A stretch of DNA of 59,535 bases, counting the filler, from Nitrospinae bacterium RIFCSPLOWO2_12_FULL_45_22 (GTDB lineage Bacteria > 2-12-FULL-45-22): the NCBI GenBank assembly GCA_001803565.1. It is 6 parts of 6 records of this genome, joined end to end, with 100 filler letters (N's around TTAATTAATTAA, not from the genome) between each part and the next. Parts side by side here need not be neighbours in the genome. Positions count along the whole stretch, not along the records: positions 43,592 to 59,535 come from MHDQ01000246.1; 5 more parts are not named here. One strand, written 5' to 3'. A program made the position numbers and the translations under genes. The notes under the pieces were generated by a model, which worked only from the letters and a program-made list of their open reading frames with translations, was not told the origin of the DNA and did no database searches. This document shows, in pieces, positions 50,793 to 59,535 of the stretch. Every line of letters begins with the position of its first letter. The stretch's first letter is position 1.

Positions 50793-51509
50793 GTGGCCAG
50801 ATTGTCTCTCAACATAGACCATGTAGCCACTTTACGCGAAGCCAGAAAAGCCAGGGAGCCAGAACCTATAGGTATAGCCTTGCTGGCTGAGCTAGCGGGA
50901 GTGGATGGTATCACGGTCCATCTCAGACAAGACCGACGACATATCCAGGATAGAGACTTGCACTGGCTACGGGAGCTTATCAGGACTGAGCTTAATCTGG
51001 AGATGGCCCCCGTGCCAGAAATGGTTGGTCTTGCTACTAAGATAAAGGTAGATAGAGCAACTTTAGTGCCAGAAAACCGAGAAGAGATTACTACCGAAGG
51101 AGGAATAGATTGTGTCTCACACAAACAACTGCTGGCTGCCGTGATAGATCAACTCCACTCAACCGGTATCCCGGTTAGTCTATTTATAGACCCAGACCCG
51201 TTACAGGTGCAAGCGGCTAAGGAAATAGGCGCTGATTGTATAGAGATTAATACTGCCAGGTATTCGGAAGCTCGATCCCTTAAAGCCGAAGAGGCCGAGG
51301 GGAAAAAGATACAGGAGATAGCCTCCCTGGCAGCTAATACCGGCCTGAGAGTCCATGCTGGCCATGGCCTTAATTATAGAAATGTTACCCCGATAGTCCG
51401 AATACCAGAGCTCCAGGAGCTGAGCATAGGGCATAGTATCATTGCCCGGTCCCTCTTTGTAGGTATATGGGTAGCGGTACAAGAGATGTTGAAGCTAGTA
51501 AAAGGATAG
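50793..51509 (+). CDS. pdxJ: Pyridoxine 5'-phosphate synthase
   Basis: NIDHVATLR, TVHLRQDRRHI, TTEGG, HAGHGL, IGH; GTG start after GGAGGAG inferred. Confidence 0.95.
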   Translation: MARLSLNIDHVATLREARKAREPEPIGIALLAELAGVDGITVHLRQDRRHIQDRDLHWLRELIRTELNLEMAPVPEMVGLATKIKVDRATLVPENREEITTEGGIDCVSHKQLLAAVIDQLHSTGIPVSLFIDPDPLQVQAAKEIGADCIEINTARYSEARSLKAEEAEGKKIQEIASLAANTGLRVHAGHGLNYRNVTPIVRIPELQELSIGHSIIARSLFVGIWVAVQEMLKLVKG

Positions 51510-51513
51510 AGCG

Positions 51514-53115
51514 ATGAAGGTTGTAACTGCCCATCAGATGCGCCAGATTGACCAGGAGGCCATCAATTATTATGGCATTCCCGGAATAATCCTGATGGAG
51601 AATGCTGGGTTGCAAGTAGTCCGGGAAATAGAAAAGCATTTTTCTCCTCTAACCACTAAAAAAGTTGCTATTATGGCCGGCCGGGGCAATAATGGCGGGG
51701 ATGGATTTGTTATCGCCAGACATCTCTGTAACTGTGGTAGCAAGGTTAAAATTTATCTCCTGAGTGCCCAGGATAAGGTTCGAGGTGATGCCCGAATAAA
51801 CCTAGATATTATTGCTAAAATGGGTCTTGAGATAAAAGAAGTTCTTTCCCTGGACCAGTTGGATGATCTCGGTTCTTTTGATCTCTTAGTAGATGCCATC
51901 TTTGGTACCGGCTTGACTACAGCCGCCGAGGGCCTTTATCAAGAAATTATCTCTGCCATGAATACCGCTGGGAAACCTATTATCTCGGTAGATATACCGT
52001 CGGGCCTTAGCTCTGACAGTAGCGAGTTGATAGGCCCCCATATAAAGGCTGACTTTACGGTAACTTTTGGTTTGCCTAAACTAGGGCTATTACTTTACCC
52101 GGCGGCAAACCAGGTAGGTAAGCTGACTATTGGCGATATAAGCCTACCAAAACCCTTATTGGAAAAAGAAGAGATAAGAGTAAATCTGCTTACTAAAGAA
52201 ATGGTACGGCCTTATATCCCTGAGCGCCGACCAGAGGCCCATAAAGGCGACTTTGGCCATGTAGTAATAGTAGCAGGGTCGTGGGGTAAGACCGGTGCTG
52301 CCGCTATGGCTAGTTATGCTGCTTTGCGGGCTGGCGCCGGGTTGGTTACCCTGGCTTTGCCCCGGAGCTTGAATATTGCTATGGAGACGGCTATCCCCGA
52401 GGTTATGACCTTGCCTTTGCCTGAAACCTCTGAGGGGACTATTGATCTGGAAGCCAAAGAAGAGCTCCGGGATTTTTTGAATAAGTTAAAAATAGAAATC
52501 CTGGTCATCGGGCCCGGGTTAACTACCCACCCCCGAACCGGGCAATTAGTAAGAGAGTTATTGGATGAGGTTTCCTTGCCGATAGTAATAGATGCTGACG
52601 GTATTAACATCTTATGTACTTATCTTGATATTCTTAAGAGAAGAAAATGGCCGTTGATACTAACACCCCATCCAGGAGAAATGGCCAGGCTATTAGATGT
52701 GTCAGTACAGGAAATACAAAGCGATAGGGTGGGTATTGCTCAGCAGTTTGCCCAGGCATATCAACTCTTTTTGGTTTTAAAAGGGGCGGTTACGGTAATT
52801 GCTGACCCTGAAGGTAACGTCTTCTTAAACCCCACGGGTAATCCGGGCATGGCTACGGCCGGTATGGGGGATGTATTGACTGGTATGCTGGGTGGCTTCC
52901 TGGCCCAACGATGGCCTCTATTAAAAGCTATAACGGCTGCGGTTTATCTCCATGGTTTATCCGGTGACCTGGCAACCCAGGCAATAGGGCCGGTTGGTAT
53001 AACCGCTACCGATCTCCTGGATAGAATCCCTTTGGCAATAAAGTCGGTATTGGAACCAGTTCACGGGATTCAGTTAATGGGGTTAAAAATAGCGCAAAGC
53101 GTAGAACTAAGGTAA
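51514..53115 (+). CDS. nnr: Bifunctional NAD(P)H-hydrate epimerase/dehydratase
   Basis: LMENAG, GNNGGDG, DAIFGTG, HKGDFG, TPHPGE, GMGDVLTG; last ~20 codons come from a MITE. Confidence 0.93.
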   Translation: MKVVTAHQMRQIDQEAINYYGIPGIILMENAGLQVVREIEKHFSPLTTKKVAIMAGRGNNGGDGFVIARHLCNCGSKVKIYLLSAQDKVRGDARINLDIIAKMGLEIKEVLSLDQLDDLGSFDLLVDAIFGTGLTTAAEGLYQEIISAMNTAGKPIISVDIPSGLSSDSSELIGPHIKADFTVTFGLPKLGLLLYPAANQVGKLTIGDISLPKPLLEKEEIRVNLLTKEMVRPYIPERRPEAHKGDFGHVVIVAGSWGKTGAAAMASYAALRAGAGLVTLALPRSLNIAMETAIPEVMTLPLPETSEGTIDLEAKEELRDFLNKLKIEILVIGPGLTTHPRTGQLVRELLDEVSLPIVIDADGINILCTYLDILKRRKWPLILTPHPGEMARLLDVSVQEIQSDRVGIAQQFAQAYQLFLVLKGAVTVIADPEGNVFLNPTGNPGMATAGMGDVLTGMLGGFLAQRWPLLKAITAAVYLHGLSGDLATQAIGPVGITATDLLDRIPLAIKSVLEPVHGIQLMGLKIAQSVELR

Positions 53116-53223
53116 TTATTCCTTAGCCTGGCACTTTTAGCTTTGAGTTTTACGCTTTCATTATTGAGGTCTTGGAGGAAAGGCTTGCCTGATAACTGAT
53201 CCCTGACCCCGGTGAGCTGTTAC
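53054..53223. mobile_element. MITE, GTAAC-end family, inserted at the nnr/tsaE junction
   Basis: (AAC)CAGTTCACGGGATTCAGTT ... AACTGATCCCTGACCCCGGTGAGCTGTTAC; flanks GGTATTGG / GGTGTTGG (7/8). Confidence 0.75.
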
Positions 53224-53231
53224 GGTGTTGG

Positions 53232-53735
53232 ATGGTAGAAATTAATCTTGTTTCGCCTACCCCAGATACTACCAGGGCTATCGGTGAGACCATGGGTAGA
53301 TATCTTAAAGGTGGGGAAATAATCTGTCTATATGGAGAACTAGGTGTTGGGAAGACCTGTCTGACCCAGGGGATCGCCCAGGGATTGAAAGTAGAAGACC
53401 CCAGGAGAGTAAAAAGTCCAAGTTTTATCTTAATAAGGGAATATAATGGTAGCCTTCCTCTTTACCATATTGACTTGTTCCGCCTATCAACTCCCCAGGA
53501 GATGGAGGAATTAGGTTATGAAGAATATCTCTATGGCGAAGGGGTTACTGTTATTGAATGGGCCGACAAGATGGGGCAATATTTACCCCGCAAGAGAATA
53601 GATATCTTCCTTTCTTATCGGGAGGAAGGTAAAAGAGAAATCAGGATCAATTGGCCAGACTTACCAGAACCTCTATGGGCTGGAGAATTATCAATCATCA
53701 GCCGTGAGGCGTTAGTCGTAAGGAGTGAGGAGTGA
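53232..53735 (+). CDS. tsaE: tRNA threonylcarbamoyladenosine biosynthesis ATPase
   Basis: GELGVGKT, SPSF, HIDLFRL, IEW. Confidence 0.93.
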   Translation: MVEINLVSPTPDTTRAIGETMGRYLKGGEIICLYGELGVGKTCLTQGIAQGLKVEDPRRVKSPSFILIREYNGSLPLYHIDLFRLSTPQEMEELGYEEYLYGEGVTVIEWADKMGQYLPRKRIDIFLSYREEGKREIRINWPDLPEPLWAGELSIISREALVVRSEE

Positions 53736-53812
53736 GGATAATTTTTCTTACCCCTTACCCGCTCATGCCTTACTCCTCACGATTTTTTAGCTGAAGGCTA
53801 ACGAGAAAAATA

Positions 53813-54391
53813 ATGAGGATGAGGAAGATCCAATGGATTAGGACAATTTTAGCGTTGGCAGTCGTACTCTCTGCTACCTCTATTGTCTTGTTCTTTAATC
53901 TTAGTCCATCCCAGAGACCGCTGGGAGCGAATTTAGATTTAGGATTATTCAAGAAAGAACGAGACTTGCAGGCAAGATTAACCGGGATTTATATGATTGA
54001 AGAAGACGAGGGGAAACGGGCCTGGGAGTTATGGGCGGATAATGCCCAGGTATATGGCAAGGGGGATAATATACTATTAGAAAAGATCAAAGCCTTCTTA
54101 TATCTGGATAATGCGGTGAAGGTTCAGATCAGGGGACAAAAGGGTAAAATAAACGGCAAAACCAAAGATATGGAACTGACTGGACAGGTAATAGTTGTGA
54201 ATAATGATGGGACTTCACTCTTAACAGATTATCTGAAGTGGGATGCCCAAAAGAGAGAGATGCATTCTCCCAGTTCCGTTACTGTCAAGGGAGGAGGGAT
54301 GGAGATTAAAGGGGAAGATATGGTTACTTATTTAGATAGTCAGACCCTGGTATTAAAGAGAGACGTAGAGGCTGTGCTAGAGCAATGGTGA
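53813..54391 (+). CDS. lptC: LPS export periplasmic protein LptC
   Basis: N-terminal TM, WELWA, beta-jellyroll-like pattern; synteny with lptA and lptB. Confidence 0.8.
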   Translation: MRMRKIQWIRTILALAVVLSATSIVLFFNLSPSQRPLGANLDLGLFKKERDLQARLTGIYMIEEDEGKRAWELWADNAQVYGKGDNILLEKIKAFLYLDNAVKVQIRGQKGKINGKTKDMELTGQVIVVNNDGTSLLTDYLKWDAQKREMHSPSSVTVKGGGMEIKGEDMVTYLDSQTLVLKRDVEAVLEQW

Positions 54392-54882
54392 AATCGTTGC
54401 TTATAAAAATAATCATCATCTCTTTTTTGTTAGGAGCTTCGGCAACCAGTTGGGGCTTTACCCTGGGAGGAGGAACCGGCCAGGCAGAACTACCCGTCTA
54501 TATCACTTCGGACGAAATGATGGCGAATCAAAAAGAAGGGAAGATATCTTTTGCCGGCAATGTAGTTACCAAACGAGGAGATATGATAATAAATTCTGAT
54601 AAATTAGAAATATTGAATCGGGAAAAGGGTAGGAGTGTCATTATTGCATCCGGCCATGTTAAAATGAACCAGGGTAATCGAGCAGCGGAGGCAGAGATAG
54701 CTGAGTTTTATGAAGCGGAGCAAAAGGTTATTTTGAAAGGCAATCCGGTTATTCAGGAAGAAGGCCGCATAATTAAAGGATTAGAGATGACCTTTTATAT
54801 AAATGAAGATAAAAGCCTGGTGAAAGGGGATAAGCAGAACCGGGTAAATGTTACTTTGTACCCCAGCAAGGGCCAAAAATAA
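54385..54882 (+). CDS. lptA: LPS transport periplasmic protein LptA
   Basis: Signal peptide, PVYITSD, FAGNV, ILKGNP, RVNVT. Confidence 0.85.
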   Translation: MVKSLLIKIIIISFLLGASATSWGFTLGGGTGQAELPVYITSDEMMANQKEGKISFAGNVVTKRGDMIINSDKLEILNREKGRSVIIASGHVKMNQGNRAAEAEIAEFYEAEQKVILKGNPVIQEEGRIIKGLEMTFYINEDKSLVKGDKQNRVNVTLYPSKGQK

Positions 54883-54887
54883 AAATC

Positions 54888-54968
54888 GTTATTAGGGCAT
54901 TACGTAATTGGGTTATTAGGTGATTCTCGATACGCAATAACCCAGTAACCTAATAACCCAATTACCTA
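54888..54968. repeat. Palindromic 8-bp periodic repeat (GGTTATTA / TAATAACC type)
   Basis: Related copy at about 11775-11872. Confidence 0.55.
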
Positions 54969-54989
54969 TTTTGAGATCTTTAGTAGCAA

Positions 54990-55709
54990 ATGTTACTACA
55001 AGCAAATAATCTGGTTAAGTCATTTAAGGGACGGCGGGTAGTAGATGGGGTAAGTATAAAAGTTGAACCCGGGCAAGTAGTAGGATTATTGGGGCCTAAT
55101 GGTGCGGGGAAGACTACTACCTTCTATATAATTACTGGATTGATAAAACCAGAGCAGGGAGAAATTTTCGTTAATGGAAAGGATATAACCAGATTACCTA
55201 TGTACCTACGGGCCCGCGAGGGGATCGGCTATCTACCTCAAGAACCCTCCAGCTTCCGGAAGCTCTCAGTGGAAGAAAATATCCTGGCTATCCTGGAGAC
55301 CATCCCCCTTAATAAGGGGGAACGAAAAAAGAAGGCTGAGGCCTTGATGAAAGAGTTCGGGGTTTACCAATTAAAAAACCAGAAGGCTTACTCCCTTTCT
55401 GGCGGTGAAAGGCGTCGGGTAGAGATTGCTCGGGCCTTAACTACTTCTCCTAATTTTATCTTGATGGACGAGCCTTTTACCGGGATTGACCCTATAATGG
55501 TGGCTGATATCCAGGATGTTATCTTCAAGCTCAAAAAGAAGGGCCTAGGGATTGTTATAACCGATCACAATGTTCGGGAGACTTTACAAATAACCGATAT
55601 AACATATATTATAAGTGATGGGAAGATACTAGAGATGGGATCGCCAGAAGAAATTATAAAGAGTGAAAGGGCTAAGCAAGTCTATTTTGGGGAAAAATTT
55701 ATCTTTTAA
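54990..55709 (+). CDS. lptB: LPS export ABC ATPase
   Basis: GPNGAGKTT, YLPQE, LSGGERRR, DEPF, ITDHNVRETL. Confidence 0.96.
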   Translation: MLLQANNLVKSFKGRRVVDGVSIKVEPGQVVGLLGPNGAGKTTTFYIITGLIKPEQGEIFVNGKDITRLPMYLRAREGIGYLPQEPSSFRKLSVEENILAILETIPLNKGERKKKAEALMKEFGVYQLKNQKAYSLSGGERRRVEIARALTTSPNFILMDEPFTGIDPIMVADIQDVIFKLKKKGLGIVITDHNVRETLQITDITYIISDGKILEMGSPEEIIKSERAKQVYFGEKFIF

Positions 55710-55727
55710 GAGATTTAAGGGACCCTC

Positions 55728-57209
55728 ATGGCTGATGTAAGAGGCAGGTTAGAATTAAGGCAAGCCCCAAGGCTTATGATGACGACAGTATTGCAGCAAG
55801 CCTTGCAACTATTGACTCTCCCCCGCTTAGAGCTGTGCCAGCTTATCCAACAACAAATGCTAGAAAACCCCTTATTAGAAGATGCCGCTTCTGAAGAAGA
55901 ACAGGAAGAAGATATCCAGGTTAATGGTATCACTGATGGGGTTGAGGAAGGGGCTGGAGAATTTGATATAGACTGGGAAAACTACGTATGGGATAAGTTA
56001 GATTTGGGATATACCGAGGAACACTTAGAAGAATATATTTCACCCGGCGAAACCTTGAGCAAACGCCCTACCCTTATGGAATATCTACTCTGGCAACTGA
56101 ACCTGTCTTCCAGGGATGAGATGGAGAAACGTATTGGAGCCGCTATAATAGGGGAGATTGATGAAGATGGCTATTTTAGGGATGACCTCCAGGAAATAGC
56201 CAACCAATTTGGGTTAAAGAAGGCAGAAGCCGAAAAAGTCCTCAAGCTAATCCAAACCTTTGACCCTCCTGGAGTAGGGGCCAGAACCCTAAAAGAATGT
56301 TTGCTCCTCCAGGTAAAAGATCTAGAGCAGGATAAATGGTTATTAGAAAAGATCATAAAGAAATACCTGGAAGGATTTGAGCCCAGGAATTATGCCAGGA
56401 TCGCCAGGGCTTTAAAGGTCCCTTTAGAAGAGATATTGCGGGCAGCCCAGCTTATCCGTTCACTTAATCCGGTGCCAGGAGCAAAATTCCAGGATCAACC
56501 CACAGAATATATTGTCCCGGATGTCTTTGTAATAAAGAATTCTGGTGAATATCAGGTTATTATCAATGACGATGGGGTACCGAGGTTGAGGATTAATTCC
56601 TTTTATAAGAGTGTTTTGAGAAGTGACCGGGATAAGGGGAATCCTACCAGACAATATATTGAAGACAAATTCCGCTCGGCCCTCTGGCTCCTCAGAGGGA
56701 TAGAACATCGCCGCAGAACCATCTATAAAGTAACTAATAGTATTGTAAAACTTCAGCGGGATTTTCTCGATTTCGGGATAAACTACCTTAAACCCCTGGT
56801 CCTGAACGATGTAGCCCAGGATGTAGGATTACACGGGTCTACCGTGAGCCGGGTCGCTAACAGCAAGTATATGGATACCCCCCAGGGACTTTTTGAGTTT
56901 AAATTCTTTTTCCATAGCGGTTTAGAATCGGTAGTGGGCGGGCCCAGGTCTTCTGTGGTCGTGAAAAATATGCTAATGAAATTCATTGGTACTGAAGACC
57001 CTAATGACCCCCATACTGATGACCAACTAGTAGAGCTATTCAAAGAAAATAATATTGTGATTGCCCGGAGGACGGTAAATAAGTACCGCAGGAAATTAAA
57101 GATCCCTGACTCCAGCGAGCGGAAGAGATCAGCCCAGACTAAGGCCTCCGGGCGTATGGCTCAATCATGTCTTTCGGTGAATGAGAGGGTTAAAGACCAT
57201 GTTTATTAA
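55728..57209 (+). CDS. rpoN: RNA polymerase sigma-54 factor
   Basis: Q/L-rich region I, ENPLLE, DPPGVGAR, STVSR, RpoN box ARRTVNKYR. Confidence 0.96.
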   Translation: MADVRGRLELRQAPRLMMTTVLQQALQLLTLPRLELCQLIQQQMLENPLLEDAASEEEQEEDIQVNGITDGVEEGAGEFDIDWENYVWDKLDLGYTEEHLEEYISPGETLSKRPTLMEYLLWQLNLSSRDEMEKRIGAAIIGEIDEDGYFRDDLQEIANQFGLKKAEAEKVLKLIQTFDPPGVGARTLKECLLLQVKDLEQDKWLLEKIIKKYLEGFEPRNYARIARALKVPLEEILRAAQLIRSLNPVPGAKFQDQPTEYIVPDVFVIKNSGEYQVIINDDGVPRLRINSFYKSVLRSDRDKGNPTRQYIEDKFRSALWLLRGIEHRRRTIYKVTNSIVKLQRDFLDFGINYLKPLVLNDVAQDVGLHGSTVSRVANSKYMDTPQGLFEFKFFFHSGLESVVGGPRSSVVVKNMLMKFIGTEDPNDPHTDDQLVELFKENNIVIARRTVNKYRRKLKIPDSSERKRSAQTKASGRMAQSCLSVNERVKDHVY

Positions 57210-57768
57210 CCTTACCGCCAGAAATATTGACATAACTGAAGCCCTGAAGTCTTATATAGAGAGCAAGATTAAGAGGCTGGAAAGATATGTAGATAGTAAT
57301 GCAGAAGCACAACTGGTCTTGTCGGTTGAAAAATATCGTCATTCGGCTGAGATCAACCTGGTGGGGAAGCGGATAAATATTCATAGTAGAGAAGAGAGCC
57401 CGGATATGTATCTCTCTCTTGATAAAGTGATAGAAAAGGTTGAACGACAACTGAGAAAGAGAAAGGAGAGGATAAGGGCCTTAAAGGCCAAACAAAGAGC
57501 CAAAGAAGCCAATTACCGGCTGCAGATAATTGCCAGAACCACCCCTATCAATGAAGGGAATCCACCAGGCAATTCCGAAATTATTAAGTCCCAACGCTTT
57601 GCTATTAAGCCTATGTCGGTTGAAGAGGCGGTTATGCAGATAGACCTGTTAGGTAATGAATTTTTGGTATTCAATAACTCTCGTACAGACAAGGTTAATG
57701 TACTTTATAAGAAAAGGGATGGGAATCTTGGCTTAATTGAGCCAGAATATGAAGCGGATCTGGATTAA
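57199..57768 (+). CDS. hpf: Ribosome hibernation promoting factor (long HPF)
   Basis: RNIDITEAL, DMY.S.D, KPMSVEEA, VLYKKRDG. Confidence 0.93.
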   Translation: MFINLTARNIDITEALKSYIESKIKRLERYVDSNAEAQLVLSVEKYRHSAEINLVGKRINIHSREESPDMYLSLDKVIEKVERQLRKRKERIRALKAKQRAKEANYRLQIIARTTPINEGNPPGNSEIIKSQRFAIKPMSVEEAVMQIDLLGNEFLVFNNSRTDKVNVLYKKRDGNLGLIEPEYEADLD

Positions 57769-57774
57769 TCCGAG

Positions 57775-57949
57775 GTAACAGTTCACGGGGTTCAGTTAAC
57801 CGGGCTAAAAATAGCGCAAAGCGTAATGTGCAAAGCGTAGAACTAAGGTAATTATTCCTTAGCTTTGCCCTTTTAGCTTTGAGTTTTACACTTTCATTAT
57901 TGAGGTCTTTGAGGAAAAGCTTGCCTGACAACTGATCCCTGACCCCTGT
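57775..57949. mobile_element. MITE, GTAAC-end family, right end truncated
   Basis: Starts GTAACAGTTCAC; closely similar to the 53054 copy; ends ...CCCTGACCCCTGT without GAACTGTTAC. Confidence 0.75.
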
Positions 57950-58071
57950 CATTAGAAAATAGTTATCTGTGTGTATCTGCGAAAATCTGTGTCCTAATTA
58001 ATTTAATCGTATAGGAATTTTCATTTTATTAATGCGGTTTTGTGGTAGTCGCAGGCTTTAGCCGGCGTTAA

Positions 58072-59346
<1,275 letters not shown>

Positions 59347-59535
59347 TCCGGTAACCGTTCGGCCACTAAGTGCTCTAATCCATAATTACAGTGACGTATT
59401 TGAGAGAAAGTGCTTATGATAAGGAAACCAGGAATACAGGAGATGTTAACCCCGCTTAGGCGGGGTTAATTTCCTGGCCTCTTGGCTTCCTAATAAAAAA
59501 GAAGGCAAAAAATAGGCATAATACGTAACTGTATT

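Overview
This is not one contiguous locus. Six contigs of a draft or metagenome-assembled bacterial genome are joined by 100-bp N-TTAATTAATTAA-N linkers (5979-6078, 23297-23396, 29813-29912, 37824-37923, 43492-43591). Contigs 1, 2 and 6, and the start of 3, look like an anaerobic Deltaproteobacteria/Nitrospinota-type host. They carry mod/mob genes, PAS kinases, a tandem radical SAM/SPASM pair divergent from an SDR/acyl-CoA dehydrogenase operon, and the housekeeping run mpl-ftsH-folE-folP-cdaA-cdaR-pdxJ-nnr-tsaE-lptCAB-rpoN-hpf-ahcY. Their intergenic spaces hold many nested palindromic repeats, including a MITE family with GTAAC-type inverted ends and 8-bp target duplications. Contig 3 has an intact chromosomal integron (intI, attI, two attC sites) whose cassettes are a nucleotide-cyclase-like unknown gene and higBA. 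The most striking feature is in contig 4: an NLR-like STAND-TPR gene whose N-terminus shares a RHIM/BASS-like G/N/Q-rich motif with a helical domain fused to YggS upstream and with a nonsense-disrupted third copy downstream. This is a candidate amyloid-signalling immune module. Contig 5 is a glycan-modification locus with tandem sulfotransferases. All calls come from motif recognition; no database searches were run.
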